Shown here piece by piece: positions 19,828 to 27,828 of a DNA stretch of 54,361 bases. The notes under the pieces are model-generated. The model was not told where the DNA came from, did not search any database, and saw only the letters and a list, made by a program, of their open reading frames with translations. The stretch is from a virus (lineage: Duplodnaviria > Caudoviricetes), in IMG/VR virus record IMGVR_UViG_3300022074_000053, positions 1 to 54,361 of that record; one strand, 5' to 3'. Position numbers and translations under genes: made by a program. Position 1 is the first letter of the stretch. Each line of letters starts with the position of its first letter.

Positions 19828-20818
19828 AAAGCACCATGTCCTCAATTAATTCTGTAAAAGAAGTTTCGGGTTCCCAACCCAGTTTTTCCTTTGCCTTAGT
19901 GGCATCACCCAGAAGAGATTGGACTTCAGCGGGTCGGAAATATTTATGGTCTACTTTGATAACAGGTCTCTTAGTGTTCCAATCATATCCAACTTCGTTC
20001 AGACCCTCACCCATCCATTCAATCTTCATGCCAAAGTATGGTGCTGCAGCATCAACAAAATCACGAACAGAATATTGTTCTCCCGTAGCAATTACATAAT
20101 CATCAGGTTCATCTTGTTGAAGCATCAACCACATTGCTTTCACAAAGTCTTTTGCATGTCCCCAATCCCTTCGTGCATCAAGGTTTCCGAGAGATAATAC
20201 GTTTTGTTCCCCAGTTGAAATACGGGACAATCCTCTGGTAATTTTGCGGGTAACAAACGTTTCTCCTCTTCGGGGACTTTCATGATTGAAAAGTATTCCA
20301 GAACTTGCATGTAATCCATAAGACTCTCTGTAATTTTTCACAATCCAATATCCATACAGTTTTGCTACACCATATGGAGAACGTGGATAAAATGGTGTTG
20401 TTTCACTTTGTGGAACTTCTTGAACAAGTCCATAAAGTTCACTGGTAGATGCTTGATAGATTCTTACACCTTTCTCCATTCCCAAAAGGCGAACTGCCTC
20501 AAGGATACGAAGAGTGCCAAGACCATCAACGTTACCAGTATATTCCGGCATCTCAAAAGAAACTTTTACATGACTCTGAGCACCAAGATTATAGATTTCA
20601 TCAGGTTCAATCTTTTTGATAACTCCAATAATATTGGTAGCATCAGTCAAATCACCATAATGAAGATGAATGTGATCATAAATGTGATCAATTCTATAAG
20701 TGTTGATAAGTGAACAGCGACGAACAATACCATGAACTTCATATCCTTTTTCAAGGAGAAGTTCTGCTAGGTATGATCCATCCTGTCCAGTAATTCCAGT
20801 AATTAGAGCAACTTTCAT
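19817..20818 (-). CDS. gmd: GDP-mannose 4,6-dehydratase
   Basis: [55 protein letters not shown]. Confidence 0.98.
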   Translation of the reverse strand: MKVALITGITGQDGSYLAELLLEKGYEVHGIVRRCSLINTYRIDHIYDHIHLHYGDLTDATNIIGVIKKIEPDEIYNLGAQSHVKVSFEMPEYTGNVDGLGTLRILEAVRLLGMEKGVRIYQASTSELYGLVQEVPQSETTPFYPRSPYGVAKLYGYWIVKNYRESYGLHASSGILFNHESPRRGETFVTRKITRGLSRISTGEQNVLSLGNLDARRDWGHAKDFVKAMWLMLQQDEPDDYVIATGEQYSVRDFVDAAAPYFGMKIEWMGEGLNEVGYDWNTKRPVIKVDHKYFRPAEVQSLLGDATKAKEKLGWEPETSFTELIEDMVLYGQ

Positions 20819-20836
20819 ATTATAGTCGTTTTAACT

Positions 20837-20876
20837 ATTATACTAAAAAAGGACGGTTTAAGCAACCGTCCTTTTA
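20837..20876 (-). terminator. intrinsic terminator overlapping the gmd promoter (TTGCTT-17-TATAAT)
   Basis: AAAAGGACGGTT-GCTTA-AACCGTCCTTTT plus T run; -35 in the loop, TATAAT right after the T run. Confidence 0.7.
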
Positions 20877-20879
20877 GGT

Positions 20880-21075
20880 CTTTCATGCACGCCACTTGTT
20901 CTTTTACAGGAAACAAGAAACCTGGCGGGATAATCCCATCCGCACCACCTTATTTTAGGAATAAGGAAACCAAAGAGGGTCTAATGACTCCACCACCTTA
21001 TTTTAGGAATAAGGAAACCCGAGGGTCAATTGACCATCCCGACCAGGGCAGGTTTCAGGTCACTCCGCGACCGCG
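20880..21075 (-). ncRNA. structured RNA with three tandem hairpin units, manA-like motif
   Basis: Two identical 29-bp units and one degenerate unit, each a hairpin followed by TGGYG; upstream of gmd; family named from memory. Confidence 0.65.
20943..21019. repeat. perfect 29-bp direct repeat (20943-20971, 20991-21019)
   Basis: CACCACCTTATTTTAGGAATAAGGAAACC twice; degenerate copy at 20891-20922. Confidence 0.95.
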
Positions 21076-21330
21076 AGCAGTAACTACATCACCAGTTACA
21101 TAGCATGGAACACCATCAGGGTCTAACCAACAGGTGTAATCATGATCTTCCATGGCAGTCATTAACTGCATTTCATTATCACAGAGATACATGTCTCTGT
21201 AACGTCCGGTGTAAGAATCTACTTTTTGAATACGGCAATCTGGTTTTCCATTGATTTCCAGAATACCAACTTGTACATAACGATAAGGAAACCGTTCAAG
21301 AAGAACGGTTGGTTTTTTCATTACTTTCAT
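21055..21330 (-). CDS. conserved cyanophage hypothetical protein
   Basis: LERFPYRYV..NGKPDCRIQK..YLCDNEMQ..WLDPDGVP. Confidence 0.75.
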   Translation of the reverse strand: MKVMKKPTVLLERFPYRYVQVGILEINGKPDCRIQKVDSYTGRYRDMYLCDNEMQLMTAMEDHDYTCWLDPDGVPCYVTGDVVTARGRGVT

Positions 21331-21545
21331 TGACTAACCTCAACAGTTTCAAGATCGCTGTAGATATGCTCCATCAGCATTTCATAATCATCTAGAAGAT
21401 CTCCTGAAAATACCACTCCCACTTTTTCGTAGTAGCGGCGTACCTTTTTGAAAAGTTTCGGATTCTTTACATCAAGGAAAATTTCTCCAGCGGCAGCAGC
21501 ACGGAGAGTGCTGATGTCTTTTTTGAATTTTTCAGTCAGTGCCAT
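21327..21545 (-). CDS. conserved cyanophage hypothetical protein
   Basis: LDVKNPKLFKKVRRYY motif; own promoter upstream. Confidence 0.75.
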   Translation of the reverse strand: MALTEKFKKDISTLRAAAAGEIFLDVKNPKLFKKVRRYYEKVGVVFSGDLLDDYEMLMEHIYSDLETVEVSQ

Positions 21546-21567
21546 TGTTGTGTTTGGTTGCCCTTAT

Positions 21568-21596
21568 ATTATAAGGTTTTGAATCTATGTAGTCAA
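21568..21596 (-). promoter_or_regulatory. sigma70-like promoter (TTGACT-17-TATAAT)
   Basis: Boxes read directly; preceded by hairpin TGCCAGAT-CTTC-ATCTGGCA. Confidence 0.75.
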
Positions 21597-21620
21597 GGTG
21601 CCAGATGAAGATCTGGCAAG

Positions 21621-21694
21621 TCGGGGAGACAGGATTTGAACCTGCGACCTATGCTTCCCAAAAGCACCGCGCTACCAAACTGCGCTACACCCCG
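21621..21694 (-). tRNA. tRNA-Pro(TGG)
   Basis: Cloverleaf CGGGGTG...TAGCGCAG..GGTAGCGC, anticodon loop TT-TGG-GA, GGTTCAAATCC. Confidence 0.95.
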
Positions 21695-21696
21695 AA

Positions 21697-21778
21697 GTGG
21701 TAGTTCCTATCGCCGCTAACCCTGAACTACCAAGGGGGTCACCGCAGTTGAGAAGGGTGGGTGGTGTTCTTCTCAACT
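21697..21778 (-). ncRNA. candidate structured RNA (hairpin plus H-type pseudoknot) co-transcribed with tRNA-Pro
   Basis: 9-bp hairpin 21747-21777; interleaved stems TGGTAGTTC/GAACTACCA and CTGC..TGACCC/GGGTTAGCGG; promoter TTGCCA-17-TATACT at 21784-21812. Confidence 0.55.
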
Positions 21779-21792
21779 TTCAAAGTATAGCA

Positions 21793-21954
21793 CTATTTGT
21801 GGTGTTTGGCAAATGGTTCCCAATGTTCCCATCCATATTTGTGAACTGCCCACATTCCAAGAATTGGAACAAATACCAGTGACCATCCCATAATTGCCAT
21901 AGTCCACCAGGTATTCAATACCCAAGCGGCAAAGTGTGCTGCTGAATGAATCAT
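21793..21954 (-). CDS. 53-aa hypothetical membrane protein
   Basis: Manual translation MIHSAAHFAAWVLNTWWTMAIMGWSLVFVPILGMWAVHKYGWEHWEPFAKHHK. Confidence 0.65.
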   Translation of the reverse strand: MIHSAAHFAAWVLNTWWTMAIMGWSLVFVPILGMWAVHKYGWEHWEPFAKHHK

Positions 21955-22034
21955 CCTCTATACCTCCCCGGCCATGTAAGTTGCATTCCTACCAGCAATA
22001 ATGTAATAAACACAAATATGAATAATAAAGTCAT
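21951..22034 (-). CDS. 27-aa membrane peptide
   Basis: MTLLFIFVFITLLLVGMQLTWPGRYRG; ATGA overlaps on both sides. Confidence 0.5.
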   Translation of the reverse strand: MTLLFIFVFITLLLVGMQLTWPGRYRG

Positions 22035-23386
22035 GCTGGATAATCCCAATTTGTAATCTCATCTACTTTAGATGTAGGACCCCATGTTCCTGCTTCATAT
22101 ATGTGAGGAATTGTATTGATGAGACATTCTTCACCAGTACAAAGAAGATCATCTACAATTCTCCAGGATTCCATCACTTCATCAGAGTGGACAAAGTGTG
22201 ATTGATTTCCACTGATCGCATCATATAAAAGTTTCTCATACCCATCAATCGCTCTTTCCTGGGGATAGGCGTGTGTGAGGGTAGCGAGTTCCAAATTGTC
22301 AGAAAGACCAGGAGATTTGATATCCATACGGATGTCCAGATGAGGATTAGGTTGAAGACGCATAACGATGCGATCATTTGTTTCCCCTTCATAAAGTTTT
22401 AGCGGTGGTGATTTAAATTTAATAACAACTTCCACACATCCATAGGGCATACATTTGCCTGTCATTACGCGAAAAGGAACTCCTTCCCAACGCCAGTTAT
22501 CGACATATAAAGAACCAGCGACGAAGGTAGGAGTACTGCTGAGAGGATCAACGCCCTCTTCAGTGCGGTAAGTATTGTATTGTCCAAAGATTGTATCCTC
22601 CCCTAAACGAGTGGCAGCAAGAACTTTAACTTTTTCTCTGCGAATTTCTTTCGCATCCATTCTGCATGGCGCTTCCATAGCAATGAGAGAAAGCACCTGA
22701 AGAACATGATTTTGTAGCATGTCCCTAACAGCACCAGCAGTGTCATAGTATTGAGATCGTCCATCACAACTGATTGTTTCAGTTGCGAAGATTTGAACTT
22801 CTTCTATGTAATTACGGTTCCATAAAGGTTCCAACAAAATATTGCTAAACCTAGTAGCAAGTATGTTATTAACAGTATCTTTGCCAAGATAATGGTCAAT
22901 GCGATAAACCTGTTTTTCGCGTAAATGTCGCTCAACCACAGACTGTAAATGATGAGCAGATTGATAATCGTACCCAAAGGGTTTCTCAATAACCAAACGC
23001 GATTTTTCGGGGTCATCAAGTCTTCCTGCTTCTTTGAGATTGATGATAGCATTCTCATATCGTTCTGGAGGTACAGATAAAAAGTAAGTGTTATCATCCA
23101 GATACCCCGGCAAATGATTCAGAGTTTCTGGTAAAGATAAATCTGTGGAAACATAATCTAAATGCCATAGAAAATCTTCAGGATAATCATCAGGATTAGC
23201 AAGAGATTCTTTCCATTGATCTGGAGTTCTTTCACGTCTAGCAGATCCAGTAATAACAAAATTCTCTGGAAGTAAGTCTTTCTTCCAGAGATTATAAAGT
23301 GCAGGAATTAGTTTTTTCTTACACAGATCTCCAGTCGCACCAAAGATAACAATCCCAGAACTAGTGGGCCGTTCCATTTCCATCAT
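22031..23386 (-). CDS. zwf: glucose-6-phosphate 1-dehydrogenase
   Basis: IFGATGDL, EKPFG, RIDHYLGK, RDMLQNH, RWEGVPF; start moved to MMEMERP. Confidence 0.98.
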   Translation of the reverse strand: MMEMERPTSSGIVIFGATGDLCKKKLIPALYNLWKKDLLPENFVITGSARRERTPDQWKESLANPDDYPEDFLWHLDYVSTDLSLPETLNHLPGYLDDNTYFLSVPPERYENAIINLKEAGRLDDPEKSRLVIEKPFGYDYQSAHHLQSVVERHLREKQVYRIDHYLGKDTVNNILATRFSNILLEPLWNRNYIEEVQIFATETISCDGRSQYYDTAGAVRDMLQNHVLQVLSLIAMEAPCRMDAKEIRREKVKVLAATRLGEDTIFGQYNTYRTEEGVDPLSSTPTFVAGSLYVDNWRWEGVPFRVMTGKCMPYGCVEVVIKFKSPPLKLYEGETNDRIVMRLQPNPHLDIRMDIKSPGLSDNLELATLTHAYPQERAIDGYEKLLYDAISGNQSHFVHSDEVMESWRIVDDLLCTGEECLINTIPHIYEAGTWGPTSKVDEITNWDYPA

Positions 23387-23492
23387 ATTTGTCTGATTCG
23401 TAGTAGTTATTTTCACCTTTTCGTATCCCAAAATGTATCGTAAATATCACAAACGGGATCGCGATCCATTTAAGAACATCAGCGAACATCAT
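23361..23492 (-). CDS. ndhP: NDH-1 complex subunit NdhP-like peptide
   Basis: Manual translation MMFADVLKWIAIPFVIFTIHFGIRKGENNYYESDKYDGNGTAH; one TM plus FG..YYxSDxYxGNGxAH tail typical of NdhP. Confidence 0.8.
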   Translation of the reverse strand: MMFADVLKWIAIPFVIFTIHFGIRKGENNYYESDKYDGNGTAH

Positions 23493-24516
23493 GACCTCCA
23501 AACATTGCTCTCATACCGTTCAGAACCTTGGCAGTGAAAGCACCCAAACGGCGCGACTCAAAGCGTGCCCACAACGCGCCGCTGATGACAGGAGCGGGTA
23601 CGCCAAGATCCACAGCAGCGTGAACAGTCCAACGACCCTCACCACTGTCTGATACTCCTCCATCGAACTTGCTAAGTTCTCTATCACCCCTAAAAACATC
23701 AGCGGTAAGATCGAGTAACCAAGAACCAACCACAGAACCACGACGCCATAACTCAGCCACCTCAGAACAGTCAATATCATATTGATAATCCCTCGGATTC
23801 TCCATCGGAGCAACCTCAGCATCGCCCTCTTTAACGTAAGCTGACCCAGCATTAGCTTCATGCAGGATATTAAATCCTTCTGCGTATGCTTGCATGATTC
23901 CATACTCAACTCCATTATGAACCATCTTTACAAAGTGACCTGCACCTGGTGGTCCACAATGTAACCAACCATACTCAGCAGATGTTGCGCTTGAGTAAGG
24001 GTCTGTGCGGGGTGCAGAGGCAATACCTGGTGCGAGTGCGCGAAAGATTGGAGAACAAACGGATACTGCAGTATCTGTACCACCAACCATAAGACAGTAT
24101 CCACGCTCCAGACCGTAAACACCACCACTAGTACCGCAGTCAAGATACGAGATGCCAAGTTTAGATAACCTTTCTGCCCTTCTGCGAGAGTCCTTAAAAT
24201 TACTATTGCCGTGATCAATAATAATATCTCCCTCACCACAAAACTGTAGTAACTCATTAAGTGTTTCCTCTACTAATTCTGCGGGTATAACAAGTTGAAA
24301 AATTCCTGGTGCTTTACCAACCAATCCTTCTTGATTGTGTACTACTTGAACAAGGCTTTCCAGAGAAGAGGCAATTCCACTGACATAACCTGCTTTATAC
24401 GCTTCTTGAGCTTTTTCATAGTTCCTCCTGTAACCCCAAACTTCAATGCCTTCTTTCATCATGCGACGAGACATACCCTCGCCCATGCGACCAAGACCAA
24501 TCAATCCTACTTTCAT
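23479..24516 (-). CDS. gnd: 6-phosphogluconate dehydrogenase (short type)
   Basis: GLIGLGRMG, DHGNS, GTSGG, GHFVKMVHNGVEYG, DSGEGRW, FGGH. Confidence 0.97.
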   Translation of the reverse strand: MKVGLIGLGRMGEGMSRRMMKEGIEVWGYRRNYEKAQEAYKAGYVSGIASSLESLVQVVHNQEGLVGKAPGIFQLVIPAELVEETLNELLQFCGEGDIIIDHGNSNFKDSRRRAERLSKLGISYLDCGTSGGVYGLERGYCLMVGGTDTAVSVCSPIFRALAPGIASAPRTDPYSSATSAEYGWLHCGPPGAGHFVKMVHNGVEYGIMQAYAEGFNILHEANAGSAYVKEGDAEVAPMENPRDYQYDIDCSEVAELWRRGSVVGSWLLDLTADVFRGDRELSKFDGGVSDSGEGRWTVHAAVDLGVPAPVISGALWARFESRRLGAFTAKVLNGMRAMFGGHDVR

Positions 24517-25118
24517 TTTTGTTCTACTGATGATACTAATGTTACTGAATCCAAATCACTTACATCTGGTGGAAATGGTTTGCGATCTTTTTCTCTTACA
24601 GTTAAACGATCAGGATCAATAATCCTCATCGCTTCGTATAATTCTTGTGCGTGATGCATTTCATCATTCATCACACTGCATATATCTATATCAGATCCAT
24701 CAACCTCTGACAGATACTTACCATACGTTTCCATAGCATGGATTTCTATTTCGTAGGAGAGATGGTAAGCAGCGCGAGGAGATAACCAATAATAAACCAC
24801 GTTGATCCAATAATAGATAAGTACGAGGTGTCTGGCAAGAAAGCGATCAATCCAATAAGCATTACCGCCCCTAGATTCCATGATTTCCAGATGTTCTGTT
24901 TCATTGACCGATTGCTCAAAGTGCTGTTTCATCAAATAAATATGCCACTGCCCACGCAAACCTAACGATTCACGCAAGTGAAGCACACTTAAAAAAGCAA
25001 AGTATGGTGCTCGTGCTATCTCCTCAAGAACCCAGAATCTCTGAAAGTGACGACCTTGATACAGGAAGTCTAAGATAGCAACTGTGATGTTTAATGTGAA
25101 CGTGTTAATAGATTTCAT
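24513..25118 (-). CDS. plastoquinol terminal oxidase (PTOX, alternative oxidase family)
   Basis: RFWVLEEIARAPYF, NETEH, EIEIHA..TY, DEMHH di-iron ligands. Confidence 0.92.
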   Translation of the reverse strand: MKSINTFTLNITVAILDFLYQGRHFQRFWVLEEIARAPYFAFLSVLHLRESLGLRGQWHIYLMKQHFEQSVNETEHLEIMESRGGNAYWIDRFLARHLVLIYYWINVVYYWLSPRAAYHLSYEIEIHAMETYGKYLSEVDGSDIDICSVMNDEMHHAQELYEAMRIIDPDRLTVREKDRKPFPPDVSDLDSVTLVSSVEQK

Positions 25119-25273
25119 ATATTTTGACCTATAAAGATATCAGGTTCTTCATCATCATCATCCCATTCAGGTTCATACATGAAGCATGGTTCTTCAAACA
25201 AATGTTCCATTCTAAGTTGCTTAATTCGTTCCCTAAGTCCTTTATAGAACTCTCTCTTTTCGTCAGCGTTCAT
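25115..25273 (-). CDS. 52-aa acidic hypothetical protein
   Basis: Manual translation MNADEKREFYKGLRERIKQLRMEHLFEEPC...; ATGA overlaps. Confidence 0.6.
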   Translation of the reverse strand: MNADEKREFYKGLRERIKQLRMEHLFEEPCFMYEPEWDDDDEEPDIFIGQNI

Positions 25274-25449
25274 TTAGGAGTTTCTTGAAAGTATGATGGT
25301 AATGGACATCCTTTAAATTCATTAATCTCATTCACTGATAGAACAAACATAGTAACAAATCCAAGACAAAAAGCAAACAACATTTGTGGGAAGTTATAAT
25401 TCCCCATGTAGGCAGTAGGATCAGGTTCATCATCGTGTGGATGAATCAT
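25270..25449 (-). CDS. hypothetical membrane protein
   Basis: NYNFPQMLFAFCLG..FKGCP; start moved to MIHPHDD. Confidence 0.55.
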   Translation of the reverse strand: MIHPHDDEPDPTAYMGNYNFPQMLFAFCLGFVTMFVLSVNEINEFKGCPLPSYFQETPK

Positions 25450-25636
25450 CCTTTCTATCTCTAAGCGCCTTTTCGATTTGTCGTCTAACTCGGTCCCTTG
25501 CTTCGGGGTTTTCGGTTTCTTTTCGGGAGTATCCATGTTTTTGATGATAGATAAAATGACCCTGTATAATCATTGTTACACCAAATAGGAATAGTAAAAC
25601 TACTCCTGACCAATTTATAAATGTGGATGAAGCCAT
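25430..25636 (-). CDS. hypothetical membrane protein
   Basis: One TM helix plus QGHFI..HGY. Confidence 0.55.
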   Translation of the reverse strand: MASSTFINWSGVVLLFLFGVTMIIQGHFIYHQKHGYSRKETENPEARDRVRRQIEKALRDRKDDSSTR

Positions 25637-25830
25637 GGCACTACTGGTGGAATAACGCCAATAAGTCTCAACAGACCCTCACTAAAGAGTCCAAGAATAA
25701 AGAAACCAACAAACATACTGATGATTCCAGCGTTACGATTATGTTTTCGTATTGCATCATCAATCATCTCTTGACACTCTTCACGAGTGACATAATGTGA
25801 CGGTTTAATTTGATCCATCCTGTGCGACAT
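25615..25830 (-). CDS. conserved cyanophage membrane protein
   Basis: ECQEMIDDAIRKHNRNA plus TM helix. Confidence 0.7.
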   Translation of the reverse strand: MSHRMDQIKPSHYVTREECQEMIDDAIRKHNRNAGIISMFVGFFILGLFSEGLLRLIGVIPPVVPWLHPHL

Positions 25831-25966
25831 TAGGCAGATTATCCATTGGATCGGGTACTCCCGATACTATAGCACAAGCTCTCCTATAGTAGAAATTGTC
25901 TGTATTTCCTGATTCTTCTAAAGCTTCTTTGACTCTCACCCAATTCTCAAAGGATGTTTTGTCCAT
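25805..25966 (-). CDS. 53-aa conserved hypothetical protein
   Basis: Manual translation MDKTSFENWVRVKEALEESGNTDNFYYRRACAIVSGVPDP... Confidence 0.65.
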   Translation of the reverse strand: MDKTSFENWVRVKEALEESGNTDNFYYRRACAIVSGVPDPMDNLPNVAQDGSN

Positions 25967-26065
25967 ATGTTTTTAGTTTGAAATACATACTAGCTATTAT
26001 AGTAAGTATTTCTAATTTGACTATAATGTTAGGATTTACTTACAGACATTAAAAAAATATAAAAT

Positions 26066-26320
26066 TTATCTTATCTCAAAATCCATTTTACGTATCTTAC
26101 GTTGTCTTCTACTTTCCTGAAAAGCAAGATCTTCAGAAGATAAAACATTCTCTTTTTTGTTTGAAAGAGAATTTAACATAACAACTTGGGATAAATCAAC
26201 AGCAGATATTTTATCTCCTCTAATTGTGGTCATATTAGGGCAACCACATGAAAATGCTTTACTAGGGTGACCTACTAATTCCTTTCCACAGGAACGGCAC
26301 CTTATTCTTATAGTGTCCAT
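26066..26320 (-). CDS. hypothetical zinc-ribbon protein
   Basis: CRSC...CGCPN; start moved to MDTIR; late promoter TATAAATA at 26362-26369. Confidence 0.7.
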   Translation of the reverse strand: MDTIRIRCRSCGKELVGHPSKAFSCGCPNMTTIRGDKISAVDLSQVVMLNSLSNKKENVLSSEDLAFQESRRQRKIRKMDFEIR

Positions 26321-26369
26321 TTTTATAATGTGTACTTCTTTCACAAAAATGTTTCCACATTTATTTATA

Positions 26370-26441
26370 TGCAAGAAGAGGGAATCGAACCCCCGACCGC
26401 CTCGGTGTAAACGAGATGCTCTACCGCTGAGCTATTCTTGC
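26370..26441 (-). tRNA. tRNA-Val(TAC)
   Basis: Cloverleaf; anticodon loop TT-TAC-AC; GGTTCGATTCC. Confidence 0.95.
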
Positions 26442-26617
26442 TATTGCTTATATTCTAACATATATTCCACCGTATTGGCAACATCATTCATAGCATCACG
26501 CAACATTGGTTGTTGACCTGAATGTTGTTCCGTTTTAGTGACACCGTTTTTGAATTCTTCGGAAAGAGTCCAGCGCCACTGTCCCATGCTTTTTGAATAC
26601 CAAAGATTAATCTTCAT
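26441..26617 (-). CDS. 58-aa conserved hypothetical protein
   Basis: Manual translation MKINLWYSKSMGQWRWTL...LRDAMNDVANTVEYM. Confidence 0.65.
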   Translation of the reverse strand: MKINLWYSKSMGQWRWTLSEEFKNGVTKTEQHSGQQPMLRDAMNDVANTVEYMLEYKQ

Positions 26618-26825
26618 TATCTAATCTAGATTCAAAGGTATCTAGCTTACCTTGTAATCTAGCAATTTCGCAAGTTAACTGCATATGCTCGTTTTCCATA
26701 TCTTCCAAACGATATTGAAGTCTCTCCACAAGATCATAAAGATTTTTAGACTCTGCTATGTTCTGTTCACCCCTATCAGATTCTTGATAGAACCATTCTA
26801 ACATTTTTTGAACTTTCTTTTTCAT
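26607..26825 (-). CDS. hypothetical coiled-coil protein
   Basis: Start moved to MKKKVQ, downstream of a promoter/terminator cassette. Confidence 0.6.
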   Translation of the reverse strand: MKKKVQKMLEWFYQESDRGEQNIAESKNLYDLVERLQYRLEDMENEHMQLTCEIARLQGKLDTFESRLDNED

Positions 26826-26849
26826 AAAAAAGGGGATCAAATGATCCCC
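26826..26849 (-). terminator. intrinsic terminator after pstS
   Basis: GGGGATCA-TT-TGATCCCC plus T run; preceded by TTGACA-17-TATAGT (26851-26879). Confidence 0.75.
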
Positions 26850-26862
26850 AACTATACAATAT

Positions 26863-27828
26863 TTACTTAATTGTGTCAACGGCAGCAAGAGATTTCTGCC
26901 GAAGATCCTCTGGAAGAGGTACATATCCCAAAGAATCTGAAACCACCTGCGACTTTTCGCTCAGCATATAACGAAGAGTTTCCTTAACTCCAGGTCTAGA
27001 GTCAGGATAAGCAAGAATCCAAGTCAGAGATACGATTGGATAAGCATTCGCACCCACAGGGTTAGGATCTTCCCCACGAAGTTTATCGTCTAGAACGATC
27101 TTGGCAAGTCCAGCAGCGGAGGTTTCACTGTTTGCTTTCACAAAGTTGCCTGCCTTGTTTTGTAGAGCAACCTGTTGAAACTTACCACCGTTCAAGTAAC
27201 CATAGTTCAGATAACCGATAGCACCTTGAGTGTTCTTGATAGTACCAGCAACACCAGCGTTACCTTTACCACCAACACCAACAGGCCACTTCACAGACTT
27301 ACCAGTGCCGACCTTTGCTTTCCACTCAGGAGAGAAGGCAGACAGGGAGTTGGTGAATCCTTTGGTGGTGCCAGAACCATCGGAACGCCACACGGTGACG
27401 ATCTGCTTATCAGCACAACCGAAGGTGCTCCAGTTTGTAATCTTACCAAGGAAGACATCAGCAAGTTGAGTCTGCGTCATCTTGGCATCACAACCAGGTA
27501 GATTGTAAGCAGGGACGATAGCGCCGCCAGTCATAGGAATATGAACCATGGGCAGTTTCTGCTTAGCATCACTCACAGCACCATCGCTGGCACCAAAGTC
27601 AACAGTCTTAGCAGTATACTGACGAACACCAGCACCACTACCAACTGCTTGATAGTTCACTTGATTTCCAGTCTCTTTATTAAAGGATGCGAACCAGGAA
27701 TTATACAAAGGAGCAGGGAAAGTCGCACCTGCTGCATTCAGTTTGAATGTATCTTTCTTTTCCTCAGCACCACAAGCAATAAGAACAGGTGCAGTCAATG
27801 TAGCAATAAAAAATTCTTTGAGTTTCAT
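26863..27828 (-). CDS. pstS: phosphate ABC transporter substrate-binding protein
   Basis: Lipobox LIAC, GATFPAPLY, YQAVGSGAG, DFGASD, RSDGSGTT, AYPI. Confidence 0.97.
   Translation of the reverse strand: MKLKEFFIATLTAPVLIACGAEEKKDTFKLNAAGATFPAPLYNSWFASFNKETGNQVNYQAVGSGAGVRQYTAKTVDFGASDGAVSDAKQKLPMVHIPMTGGAIVPAYNLPGCDAKMTQTQLADVFLGKITNWSTFGCADKQIVTVWRSDGSGTTKGFTNSLSAFSPEWKAKVGTGKSVKWPVGVGGKGNAGVAGTIKNTQGAIGYLNYGYLNGGKFQQVALQNKAGNFVKANSETSAAGLAKIVLDDKLRGEDPNPVGANAYPIVSLTWILAYPDSRPGVKETLRYMLSEKSQVVSDSLGYVPLPEDLRQKSLAAVDTIK

Noticed and set aside
20891-21019. 29-bp direct repeats as a mini CRISPR array
   Set aside because: Only two exact copies, a 19-bp spacer and no cas genes; the units fold as hairpins of a structured RNA
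20885-21103. 72-aa + strand ORF with repeated PPYFRNKET
   Set aside because: A by-product of the RNA repeat, antisense to local transcription, no RBS
21698-21747. SRP RNA or theta/HDV-like ribozyme identity for the pseudoknot
   Set aside because: Lacks the SRP GGAA tetraloop helix; lacks the HDV P3/P1.1 elements and lies 5' rather than 3' of the tRNA
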